Shown one piece after another: positions 45,345-58,000 of a stretch of 64,000 bases of DNA. The notes beneath the pieces were generated by a model that had not been told where the DNA came from, made no database searches, and was given only the letters and a program-made list of their open reading frames with translations. The position numbers and the translations under genes are program-made. Origin of the DNA: Rhynchopus sp. YZ270_cl-10 (taxonomy: Eukaryota); assembly GCA_964035575.1 (NCBI GenBank), contig OZ037833.1, positions 868,001 through 932,000 on the forward strand. Direction: 5' to 3'. Position 1 is the stretch's first letter. Every line of letters begins with the position of its first letter.

Positions 45345-47017
45345 GGGAGCGTCCGCGAAAGACCCCCCCCTAAAGCTAACATCCATGCTTATTGGTATTT
45401 CACTAATTAAAATTTTGGTATTTTATAAGATCTTTTTTTTTAAATGAACTCAGAGTTAAGTCAGAGTCCTAGCTTGCCTGGGTCAGTGGGTCAAGCTGAC
45501 CCAAGTGCCTGGGTCGCGACCCACGAAAAAAAAAAAAAAAGGGAATTAATTAATTTGGAATTGGGAAATTCTGATTTTTTCCCCTCTTTGGGGGGGCCCA
45601 CCACCTTTTCTGGGGTAAGAAAAAAAATATTGACAAAAAAATCCGGCACCGTCCAGGGCTGGACCCAATTTTTTTTGCCTGCGGCGCCATTTTTTCCTTT
45701 TTTGCTCCGCAAAAAAGGGTTCGTAGAGTGACTCTGTGGTGTAAAAAGCTACATTTTTACACCGTACCCTAATTTTTTTCGCCTGCGGCGCCATTTTATA
45801 TATTTTGTGTTGGGTGATCTATGAACGGGGAGTGATTTTTATGGTAAAAGTAGCGTTCCACTTAACGTTGTGAGCAACTCACTAGTCGTAGTGGCCAAAA
45901 TTTGTATCAGTCAAGAACTTGTCCATTTTTCTGAAATGACCCCACCACAGTGAGGGTAGAGCTCGGAAAACCCAAAAAAGCCAAGACAAGCCCCCCAAGG
46001 CCCAAAACCTCTGCTGACCCAAAAAAAAAATTCTGACCCAGATTTGGCATTTTTTTCCAAAACCAAGCTAGGACCCTGGTTAAGTTTCTGAGTTCATTAA
46101 AAAAAAACTCGGTGAAAAATTCCGAGTAGGTATTAATTTAGATAGGAAAAGCTATGTCAACAGCTATGTGTCCCCTTATTTTCCCTGTAAATACTAAGGA
46201 TATAGGAAGGAATTCACTAATATCTGTCTCTAACCCATTATCAAAAAGGGGGTAGGAAAGAAAGGGGTGGAGGCTTGTCGCCCCCTCCGAACACTCTAAA
46301 TAGAGCGCGAAAGAGCTTCACGCTCCGGGTCGTCTGCGGCGACGTCGACTTTCTCGCAGAAAACCCCCTTTTTTGAGTGACCCTATTGACCACCGTGATG
46401 AGTCTCTCCAAGAGTCCCAGACAATTGTCCGCCTGTTCCTCCTCTTCCTCCTCCGTCTCGCTGTCATTGTCCTCCTGGGGTGTCGCTGATGCAACTACAG
46501 GAGTAGTAAACGGCGGACACCCCTTTTCTCCTGGTGGTTCTCTTCTGCATATGGAGGGACATATGCTTCGAGCTACACACCTCGTGCATCCAGCTCCTCG
46601 CGTCCCACCCTTTGCCCCCCTGCCAGTGAACCCCTGCATACACCTGCAGCTCGGCGAAGTTTTTTAGGCCTCGGAAAGGCCGGGTTTTCAGCTCCTGAGC
46701 GAATGCTTTGGCTGCTGATTCCATTTCCCCCTGTTGTGTTGTTCTGTGGGTGGTTATATGGGTGTTTGTGAGGATTTCCTTGTATATCCTTAGTATTTAC
46801 AGGTAAAATAAGGGGACACATAGCTGTTGACATAGCTTTTCCTATCTAAATTAATACCTACTCGGAATTTTTCACCGATTTTTTTTTTAATGAACTCAGA
46901 AACTTAACTCTGAGTTCATTTTAAAAAAAAATCTTATAAAATACCAAAATTTTAATTAGTGAAATACCAATAAGCATGGATGTTAGCTTTAGGGGGGGGT
47001 CTTTCGCGGACGCTGCC
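45345..47017. mobile_element. DNA element with TIRs of about 235 bp and 4-bp TSD
   Basis: The left TIR (45345-45461 plus 46086-46204) matches the right TIR (46783-47017). Termini GGSAGCGTCCGCGAAAG. TSD ATCT. Broken ORF inside (46241-46724, minus strand). Confidence 0.9.
45462..46078. mobile_element. Nested CAG(A/G)G-ended element with 7-bp TSD
   Basis: TIR CAGRGTCCTAGCTTG. TSD GTTAAGT, confirmed by the empty site in the host element's right TIR (about 46894-46920). Confidence 0.92.
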
Positions 47018-47120
47018 ATCTACATTACGTGTATGCACATCATTTGCCAAATGTTCCGCCAACAAAACAAAAATTTTCACTGAAAAAAAAAAAAAAAAAA
47101 AAAAAAGTTTGCACCTCGTG

Positions 47121-47878
47121 CATACTTGTAGCTAACTAGCCGTGGTACGTGGCGATTTTGTTTCCCAAAAGAAAGAAAAAAATCGGCCGGAAAGAAATTT
47201 TTTTTACCCAGGAAAAAAATTTTTACCCAGGGAAATAAATTTCCCTCAGGCACTAAATTTGCCTCAGGAAATAAATTTCCGCCAGGAAATAAATTTGCCC
47301 CAGGAAATAAATTTACCTCAGGAAATAAATTTACCTCAGGCAATAAATTTGCCTCAGGAAATAAATTTCCCCCAGTAAATAAATTTCCCTCAGGCACTAA
47401 ATTTGCCTCAGGAAATAAATTTCCGCCAGGAAATAAATTTGCCCCAGGAAATAAATTTACCTCAGGAAATAAATTTACCTCAGGCAATAAATTTGCCTCA
47501 GGAAATAAATTTCCCCCAGGAAATAAATTTCCCTCAGGAAATAAATTTGCCTCGGGCAATAAATTTGCCCCAGGAAATAAATTTCCCTCAGGAAATAAAT
47601 TTCCCTCAGGCACTAAATTTCCCCCAGTAAATAAATTAACGCGCTGTTGCCCTGTTTCTCAGCAACAAGCGTCACAGATTCAAGAGAAAACGGAGGTGTT
47701 CCTGCTGATGGCGGAGGAGTTGGAAAACGTCGCTCCCCCCGTATTTGTTTCCGGAATTGAGCTTCTGAGGACCTTTTTCGCGCGAAGCGCGAAAATTTTT
47801 TTTTTGCCAAAAAGAAAGAAATTGGGCGTGGAATTCTAAAATTTTTCGGGAAAAACGGCATATTTAGCGATAAGTATG
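47121..47878. mobile_element. Non-autonomous hAT-like element with an 18-bp minisatellite
   Basis: Imperfect TIR CATACTT..GCTAA..GCCGT. Perfect 8-bp TSD ACCTCGTG at 47113-47120 and 47879-47886. Confidence 0.82.
47228..47636. repeat. 18-bp minisatellite (CAGGAAATAAATTTSCCT) x about 22
   Basis: Read directly. The unit is quasi-palindromic, and a higher-order block of about 7-8 units is repeated. Confidence 0.95.
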
Positions 47879-49080
47879 ACCTCGTGTGCAGTACCGTCTC
47901 CGCATCCCTCCATGAAATATGTGAGGGAGAGGCGAGGGGGGAAAAGGGGAAGTATGGGGTGGGGTGGAGAAGCAGCGAAGACTAAACCGATTCTGTTCCC
48001 AAGATGTATTGGAGACCACTGAGAAAGCATGAACATTCGTCTTCTAATTGTTTCGTTTTTTCCCCACCCCTGCCGCCATGGTTGTGGATAGAACAGAAAA
48101 AAAAAGAAAAAGAAAATAAAACTGAAAACTAACACTCCTGGTAGTCAGCGTCACGCCTACTACGGAAGGTTACAATGGAAAAAAAATACCTTTTCTGCAT
48201 TCGATATTTGGTAGGAACGCAACAATAATTCGATAAAAAAAAGGGAGAAAAATATGAGAAAGATGACATCCAAACCTGGGAGATGGCAGATTCAGCCAAA
48301 AGCCGGTTGCTTTATTTGTTTTTTGTCACCTTTTCTGGATAAATACTCCGTTTTATTGTATTAGTGCAAGGCTTAGCTCCACTATTATTTTTTTTTCTTC
48401 TGTTTTTTCCCGCTGTTGCTGGGGAGGGAATATGGCGACGTACAAGACAACTTCCAGAGGTGTATGCTATGTCTGAAAGAAACGTCTCATTTTGTCAAGG
48501 AAGACACAGTTTGGTAACAAGAAAGAAAGAAGAAGAAAGATTTGTGAGACGAACCAAAGCACCTCCAGTGCTTGGCCAGCTTGCAAAAAAAAAACAACCG
48601 TCGATTGCAAATCGACAACTTGACAAACAAACAAAAAAAAGAAAAACTCGCACTAGGGTAATCAAACCTTGTGTATCACGAGTCTGTGTTAGCCACTCAT
48701 CGACAGCCCCCCCTTTTACCCTCCATTGTCACTGGGTAAGGTGCGTCACATGTCACTACCTTTGCGTATCGTTGGCAAAGGTAAGAGTGCAACGCATGCC
48801 CACTGAACAGGGTTGGGACAATGGGGGGTGTGGTTCCACACCGTTGTTTGCTTGGCAATAAGATGAAATCGGGTGGGGTTCCCAGTGCACGCCTGAGGGG
48901 AAGAGGGAGGGGAAGGGGAAGGGGTGGGGTGGGGGGATGAATTCAGAAGTGTGTATGTGTTACCGGCAGGTTTAACTGGCGGTGAGACACTGTTGTGAGT
49001 TGATCAAAAGAAAAGTTTTGTAAAGAAAAGATGAACCGAAGCCTCACTGTGCTTCGGCCAAAAGTGGATGTGACAAAGAC

Positions 49081-52000
49081 TTAGATGTCGTCGCTGTCAT
49101 GTGAGTTGCGAGGGTTGGCAGACATCTCAAGAAGCGGCTCCTCAGTGCCTCCTGCTGCACTGCTCTGGGGCGAGCGTTCCGACTGTGGTGGTGTGTGGTG
49201 TGTGGGTGAGTGGGGGGGTGCGTCTCTACATACCATGCCGTAGTCGTCTTCGTTGTCGCCAACCTCAGCCTGGAACTGCTTGTTCCACTTGTTGTCGTCC
49301 GCGTTGTTCTGCTGCTGCTTCTGTCTGAAGCGGAACAGGAGGAAGGCAAGCAGGAGGCAGCAGCTCAGGAGGAGGAGGAGAAGCAGCCACCACCAGCACT
49401 CCCAGAAGGTGCAGTCGTCGTCGTCGTCCTCACCCTCGCCAATCGGACGTGCCGGGGCAGATGTGTTCCATTCCGGTGCCCCCCTGACGTAGTCGCAAAG
49501 GCCGTAGTAGCTCTCGTACACACACTCGGGTGCAGCTGTGCACTCCTCAGCACCCAGCGTCGCGCACACAACACCTGTGCACACTGCCGGTGCCGTCGTG
49601 GTCTTGTTCCCGGTGCCGCCCTTGCATGCGCACATCCAGTCACCCTCAACCGTGACGTCCGGGTCGTAGCAGTCCTGTCCGGCCTCCTTGCACACGTCCT
49701 GCTCGCACGTCTTGCACTCAGCCTGGCACTCGTCAATCCCACACTCCGCAGGGCCCATGAGCCCGTTCGTCCCTGTCTTCGGTGCCACACAGCTGCACAT
49801 CCAGGTCCCGTCCTGTGCCACGTCCGTGTCGACGCACGTCTGCTCCACTGCAATGCACACAGCTGCAATCTCCGGCCTGTCGCACTCCCCAACAAAGACG
49901 CACTCCGCAGGCTTCATCGTCGCACTTCCAATAGCAGGGGCCGGGCATCTGCAGATCCAGTCGTCTGTCGACTCTGCTGTTGTGTCAGGGTCGAAGCACA
50001 TCTGCCCCTTCTCGTGGCACAGCTGCATGTGTGCGTCCGTCAGACACTCGTTGATCTTGCACACTGCTGCGTGGCCAATGGCCGAACCCAGGGCAGGGCG
50101 CACGCAGTGGCACTCCCAGTCGTTCAGGCTTGTGTCGCTTGGGTGCAGGTCCACGCACTCCTGGCCCTTGTCTGTGCACTTCTGCAGGTTCTGTGTCTCG
50201 AGACACTCGTCCTGCACGCACACTGCGCGCTGCAGCACACCAGACCCAATAGCCGGGGTAAGGCACTTGCACATCCAGTCGCTGAGCTTGCTGGAGGACG
50301 GGTCGACACACTGCTGTCCCTCACAGGCGTAGCCGTGTCCGTCTCCCTTCCTTGCGCACGTCGGGCATGTCGCCAGGCACTCGTCAATCACACAGGTCGC
50401 AGCCTCGTTGAGCCCAATAGCCTTTTGCGTGAAAGGAGACATGCAGTGGCACACCCAGTCGCCCGCCAGCTCCGGGTCCTCGTCGTAGCAGTACTGTCCA
50501 GCCTTCAGGCAGGTCTGCTTGTTCGCCTCAATCTGGCACTCGTCGTGGCCGTCAAATTTGCAAACTGCGGGTGCCATGTCAGCCTTGCCTGACCCCGAGA
50601 GACACTGGCACTCCCAGTTGTCCTTCGAGAGTGCTTCCGTGTCTTTGTCAAAGCATGCCTGGCCGGCGGCAGAGCACACAGTCGTCTGCTTGCACTCATC
50701 CACAGCGCACTTTGCCGGGGAAAGAATATGGTAGTCCTCAGAGGTTGTGCAGTGGCACTCCCAGTCACCCTGCACACTTGGGTTGTGGTTAGGGTCGTAG
50801 CAACGCTGGCCAGCGGCAGCACAGATGTCGACAAACTCGCTCACAGGTGCGCCTGCAGGGGCAGGTGCACGCTCGTTCGCACACGTCTGCTGCTTGCTGA
50901 TAAGCGCACTGCAGACACCGCTCTTCTTGTTGAAGGCACTGTCGGCAACAATGCACCAGTCTCCCTCCTTTGCCTTGTCCGGGTTGCAGCATCCTGTGTT
51001 GCAGTTCTCGTCAAGGCCGGGGCCGCCGCCGTTGATGCCGCTGACCTTCCAGCCGCACGCACACTCGCAGCCGTCGTTCGTGTAGCGCTTGAAGTTGTCG
51101 CACTTGCGTGCACCTGTCATGGTGATGGCAAGGCACTCGTCCACAAGGCAGCTGTCAACAGCACGCGCAACGGCCGCTGTTGTCGACGGGGCCTGGCACA
51201 TGCACACCCAGTCACCCAGGCTCTGCACAGACAGGTTCGGGTCCTCGCAACGCTGGCCCGCACCCGCACAGACGTTGACAGCCTTCTCGTTTGTGCGCGC
51301 GCACGTTGCACAGATGTCCTCGCACTCGTCGATCATGCACTGTGCAGGGGCACGCACCCCAGCAGTGCCACGGTACGGCGGCATGCACCCACACCTGAAG
51401 TCGTCTGCCGACGAGTTCCCTGGGAAGCAGCGCTGGCCCGCGTCCGCGCACACGTCCAAGTTCGCAGCGTCCTGGCACGCCCCCGTGTACGTGCACGATG
51501 CAGGTCCGGCGTACATGTATCCCGACGAAGGTGCCGGGCAGTTGCACGTCCAGTCGTTCAGACTCGCCGCAGCAGTGTTCTGGTCAATGCACACCTGTCC
51601 CACCACTGTGCACTTCCCGCCGTACAGGTTGCACTCGTCAAGCAGGCATGTAGCAGGTCCGGCCACGGCCTTGCCAGCCGCAGGCGCAATGCACTGGCAC
51701 ACCCAGTCTCCGCTTGTCTCGGCATGCATGTCCGGGTCAACGCACTCCTGGCCCTTACCCTCGCACGTCACTCCGTTCAGCGTGCACTCGTCAACCATGC
51801 ACTCCGCCTTGTGGAGAGCAGCCTCTCCCTTCCCGACCTCGCACACGCACGACCAGTCGGAACGGCTGTCCGGTGACTTGTCGTGGTCCACGCACTTCTG
51901 CCCGGCCTGCGTGCACATGTGCACCGACCCCTGCTGCGCACACGTCGTGCACTCCGCCACGCACTCGTCCAGCACACAGGATGCTGCCTTCCCAGCAGCC

Positions 52001-55000
52001 TCACCCACGAAGGGCGGAATGCACCTGCACGACCACACGTCCTCCTTCTCCACGCACATCTCGAGCGGCCCGCATGCAGACCCGAACTGCGCACACAGTG
52101 TGTCCTGCTTGCAATCCGTCGACGGGGCACCCCTGTTCGGCTCCCCAGTACCGTCCGCACACTGGCACACCCAGTTCCCAAACTCCGACGCCACACCCTG
52201 CTGAGGGTCGAGGCAGGTCTGTCCCTTCGCCCCACACACCGCGTTTCCGTTCGGCTTCTTGCTCCACGTCTCTGGAGCCGTGCACTCGTCGACCACGCAC
52301 ACTGCCGCCTCACGCTGTCCCGCGGTTCCGTGGTACGGGTACATGCACTCGCACACCCAGTCCCCGGTCTTTGTGTAGTCCTTGTCCACACAGTGCTGCA
52401 CCTCCGCCCCTGTTGTGTCCTTCACACGCGAGCACGCCGCACGGTTCTCTGCGTTGTAGCACTCGTCCACGCTGCACACAGCCGCCGCACCCACCATCTC
52501 CCCAGACGCAGGCGCACGGCATGAACACTTCCAGTCCGCAATGCTTGTCGCTGCTGTGTCCGGGTCCATGCAGTCCTGCTCCGCAGACGCGCATGCGTGT
52601 GTCAGCGACCCTGGCTTCGTTGCACACGACGCGCACGTCGCACGGCACTCGTCCAGCATGCACACCGCCACTGCCCCCTTGGTGTGTGATCCTGCCTCGG
52701 GCGACACGCAGCGGCACTCCCAGTCGTCCGCCACAGCCGGGTTCGGGTCCACACAGGTCTGTCCTGCCTTCGTGCACACCTCTGCGATCTCCTGCTTCTC
52801 GCACTCCCCCGTGTACACACACGTCGCTGCCTTCGCAATAGCGAAGCCCTCTGCAGGCGCCACACAGCGGCACTCCCAGTCACCACGCACCTGTGCAGAC
52901 GTGTCCTTGTCGAAGCAGGTCTGCCCCAGCTTCGTGCACTCGCTTCCGGCGAACAGGCACTCGTCAAACTTGCAGTCCGCAGCCCCGAGCATCTTGCTCC
53001 CCGTCCAGGGCTCGTGGCATGCGCACATCCAGTCGTTCAGCGAGTCTCCGGCCGTGTTCTTGTCTGTGCACGTCTGTTCCGCAGCTGCGCACACCTTTGC
53101 CTTCTCGTCTGTGTCACACTCGTTCACGGTGCACACCGCCACTGCCGCCACCGCCGACATGTCCGACCCGGCACACTTGCAGCGCCAGTCTCCCTTCCCG
53201 GTCACAGGGTTCATGCTTCCCTCCTGGCACGTCTGTCCCGCCTTGTCGCACACGTTACCGGCACCGTGGTCGGCACACGTCGCACAAACCGCCGTGCACT
53301 CGTCGAGGATGCACACTGTTGCCGCTCCCACCTTCGTCGGCCCTGTCTGTGGCTCAATGCACGCGCACGAGCCGTCTTCCAGAATGCTGGCCGCGGGCAC
53401 GCACGCCTGTCCCAGGAACGTGCACGTGTCGCCGTGCTGCACGCACCACGAGCTCGGCGGCAGCACGCACTTTGCGGCCTTCCCCTTCGCCACCTTCGGT
53501 GTCTCACCCGGCTTCGCCGAGCACGCGCACGTCCAGTCTCCGGTGCTGCGTGCGTCCGTGTTCGGGTCCTGGCACGTCTGTCCTGCCGACGTGCACACCG
53601 CAGCCACGTCTGTCTCCAGGCACTCGTCACGCAGACACGTTGCAAGCTTCCCCGTCACACGCCCGATGCCCGGTGGCGGGCACACGCACTCCCAGTCGTT
53701 CAGCCCCCCAAGCACCGCCTTGTTCGGGTCGTTGCAGGTCTGCCCGGCCGCACCGCACAGCTGTGCCAGGCGTCCGTTGTTCATCTTGCACTCGTCCAGC
53801 GTGCACACGGCCACAGATGCCACAGACTCCCCAACGGCGTCTCCAACACACTTGCACATCCAGTCCTCAACGTCTGCCGGCGACGTCGACGACTCCACGC
53901 AGTGCTGTCCAGCCACATCGCACAGGTTTCCGAACCCCTTGTCCGCACACGTCGGGCACTCCGCCGTGCACTCGTCCAGCACACACGTCGCCGTCGTCAT
54001 GAGAGCAGGCACACCCGTCGCCGGGTCCACGCACTTGCACACCCAGTTCCCAGTCACAGCTGCGTCCGGGTCGTAGCACGTCTGCCCCATCTGCTCGCAC
54101 ACCTCCGCAATGCTTGCCGTCTCGCACTCACCCACGTACACGCACGTCGCAACCTTCCCGGTCGCAGACCCTGTCGCAGGCGACGGGCACACACACTCCC
54201 ACGTGTTCTCCGTCGCCTTGTCCGCGTCCTTGCACAGCTGTCCCGCCGCAGAGCACACCTGCCCGTTCTTCTCGCACTCGTCGATCATGCACGACCCAGC
54301 CTTCCCGACACTCGGGTCTCCGCTCGCTGGCGAAACGCACTCGCACCGCCAGTCACCAGAGCTCGTCGCACTCGTGTCCGGGTCGACGCACACCTGGCCC
54401 GCCTTCGTGCACAGGTTCTCCGGCTTCGCCGGCGCCACTCCCGACGCCAGCACCGCGCACGTCTGCACCATCTTCCCCGCAGTCACGAGGTCCTGGCACA
54501 CGGCCGTCGTCTGCACAGGCTCCAGCAGGCACCACGCCCCCGACGCCACGACGTTCGGGTTGCAGCACCCAGCCAGACAGCCCACCTCAATACCAGCACC
54601 GTGTGCCCCGGGGTACTGAGCCGCATCCTGCACCTGCCAGCCACACTGGCACGCACACCCGTCGACCGTCGTCCGCGGTGTGTCATGGCACGTGTGTGCA
54701 CCAAAGTTGCTTGGCTGCCAGCACTCGTCCACCTCGCACGTCGCAGGGCCACCAAGCGCAGCCTTCTCCCCTGCCGCACACTGGCACTTCCAGTCACGTG
54801 TGCTCTCCGGCGACGTGTTCGGGTCCGTGCAGAGCTGCCCGGCCTTCGCACACACGTTACCACCCCCGCTGTCCGCGCACGACGTGCACTGCTCCACACA
54901 CTCGTCCAGCACACAGACTGCTGCCGCCGCCACAGCAAAGGTCTTCCCCTGCGCGCAGTGGCACTCCCAGTCACCCTTGTTCGTCGGCTGCGGCTTAGGG

Positions 55001-58000
55001 TCAATGCACACCTGTCCCCCAGCAGTGCACGTCTTCACATTGTCGTCCACGAGACACTCGTTCTCGAAGCACACTGCCGCACTCGCCACCGCAATTCCAG
55101 ACGTCGGCGGCGGGCACGTGCACGTCCAGTCTCCCTCGGACGCCGCAAGCCTGTTCGCGTCAGCGCACGTCTGCCCATCCGCGCACTTGTGTGCGTTCTG
55201 CTCGCACTCGTCAATCAGGCACACCGGCACGCCCTGTGTCACACGTCCCAGGGCAGGTGCACGGCACACGCACTCCCAGTCTCCGGGCGAACGTGCGTCC
55301 TTGTTCGTGTCCTCACACTGCGTGCCTGCCGCAGTGCAGATGTCCGACGGGCAGCCGTCGCACACCGCAGCACACTCGTCCAGCTGGCACACCGCCACGC
55401 CCCCCTTCTTCGATCCTGTCGAGGGCGCCGCGCACGTGCACGTCCAGTCGTTCAGAGAGGCTGCATCCGTGTTCGCGTCTGTGCACGTCTGCCCCACTGC
55501 CGCGCACACTGACTTCCCGCATGTCGGGCACTCCTCCTCACACTCGTCGAGCACACACACCGTCGCCTCACCCTGCTTCTGCGGTCCTGTGGCAGGCGGC
55601 ACGCACTCGCACACCCAGTCGTTGTGCCCCTTCAGGTCCGGGTCGTAGCAGCCCTGGTTCGACGACGTGCACACCTCGCGGATTGCGTCAATTCTGCACT
55701 CGCTTGACGGCGGGTTGCAGTCTGCCAGTCCTCCCAGCTGCGACGCGTTCACGCCCGCGTGTGCGACACACTCGCACGCCCACGTCCCGTTCTCCGCACG
55801 GTTGCTGTCGACACACAGCTGACCGCCCGCTTGGCACACACCACCGTCGACCTTGCACTCATCGACCAGACACACTGCTACCGCCTGCATCCCCGTCCCA
55901 ATCGACGGCGGCACGCACACACACGTCCAGTCCCCTTCGTGACCAGGCTCCCAGTTCGGGTCCACACAGCGCTGCCCCTTGGCCGCACACACATCCTCTG
56001 TCGCAGGGTCCGCACACTCATCCATATCGCACGTCGCCACGTGTGCACGCGCAGTTCTGTTCCCCGGAGACGGGCACGTGCACGTCCAGTCCCCAGCAGA
56101 CGACGCGTTGTGGTTCGGGTCCTCGCACACCTGCCCAGCCTGCTCGCACAGGTTCACTGCGTTCCGGTCGTTCGACGGCATCGCAGACGGGGTGCTTGTG
56201 TTCGTCCATGTCGTGCACTCGTCGACAACGCAGTCCGCCACACCCATGTCACGCTTGAACTTCTCGTTCGGTGGCGGGCAGACACACTTCCAGAACCCTG
56301 CCATCCCGGGCTCCTCGTCAACACAGGTCTGTCCCGCAGCCGTGCACACGTGTCCGTACAGCTCACACTCGTCCACCAGGCACTTTGCCGCCGCACCCAC
56401 CTTGCTCCCCGAGTACGGTGCCACACATGTGCAGGTCCAGTCTCCAAGCGACTGCGCCGACAGGTCCGGGTCGTAGCACACCTGTCCCACGTCGGAACAC
56501 GTCTTCTCGTGGAAGTCGCACTCGTTCGTCGAGCACTTGGCCGCCCCCGCAGTTGCTGTCCCAGTCGACGGCTGCTTGCACTCGCAACGCCAGTCTCCCT
56601 TCGTTGTCGTCGACGGGTCGACGCAGTCCTGTCCCGCACCCGTGCAGGTCGACGCGTGCGACGAGCACTCGTCCTCCACACACACCGCCGCACCTGCGAC
56701 CTTCGACCCAGACGAGGGTGCAATGCACCTGCACTCCCATGTGTTCAGCCCAAGCACAGGGTCCTTGTTCTCATCCACGCACGTCTGTCCCGCTGCCTTG
56801 CACACGTCCTTCGCGCACGTCGAACACGAGTCCACACACTCGTCGAGGATGCAGAACGCCGGCCCTGCAACCTTCAGCAGACCGTGGCTCGGCGGCGTGC
56901 ACAGGCAGCGCCAGTCGTCCAGGATCGTCATGTCCGGGTCCTCGCAGATCTGCCCACGGCTCTCGCAGACACCAGCCTTCACAGGGTCCTTGCACTCTCC
57001 CTCGTGCACGCACTCAGCTGCTGCCGCCACTGCCGTCTGTGTGGCCGGGGGCTCGCAGTGGCACTCCCAGTCGTGCAGCACGTCCGCACTCTTGTCGGGG
57101 TCGACACACGTCTGTCCGTGTCCCGTGCACACGTGGCCGTGGTTCGTGCACTCGTCCACAGTGCATGCCGCCACGCCTGCAATTGCCGCCCCTGTCGCAG
57201 GTGTCAGGCAGTGGCACTCCCAGTCTCCAAGGCTTGCCGCCCCGTGGTCCGGGTCCACACACGACTGATGTGCGGCCTGGCACACGTAGCCTTTTCCCAC
57301 ACACTCGTCGACAGGGCACTCCGCCACAGACACCTTCGCAGTCACAGACGACGGCGCCGGGCACACACACTCCCAGTCGTTCTGGCTCCCAAACGCTGTG
57401 TTCGGGTCCACACAGGTCTGTCCTGCCCCTGTGCACAGGTCCTTCTCACACGTTGCGCACGTCGCCACGCACTCATCCAGCACACACGAGGCAGCAGCAG
57501 CCACAGCAGTTCCCGACGCCGGCGCCTGGCACCTGCACTCCCAGTCGTTGTCGCGGGTGCGGTCCACGTCGACACACTCCTGCGGCGGCGACGCACCCTC
57601 GCAGATGCGCCTGTTCTCCACACACTCGTCCACCTCGCACACAGCGGCCCCCATCAGCTGCGTGCTCGACGACGGCGGCGCGCACAGGCACTCCCAGTTG
57701 TTGTCCACCTTGGTGTCGATGTCCAGACAGGTCTGGTTTGCCCCCTTGCACACATCCTCGTGCAGCAGGCACTCGTCCTTCACACAGTCTGCAGGTGCTC
57801 CTGTCTTCGTTCCGTGGCGCGGTGGCGGGCACACGCAGTCAAAGTCGTTCAGCGTGTTGAGGTGCGAGTCGTGGCACAGCTGCCCGTTGTCCACACACAC
57901 AGCCCCGTTCACCTTCCCGCCCAGCGTGTCCGCACACTCGTCGACACTGCACACCGCCAGCCCAGCCTTCACAAACTTCTCCTCAAACGGCGGCGGGCAG

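Noticed and set aside
47077..47630. ORFs with NLFPE/EINLPQ repeats
   Set aside because: They are translations of the 18-bp minisatellite.
1660..49060. Family-A 35-nt palindromic repeat as a CRISPR array or bacterial REP/attC system
   Set aside because: Copies are irregularly dispersed with no constant-length spacers. There is no cas, integrase or RAYT gene, and the context is eukaryotic with introns.
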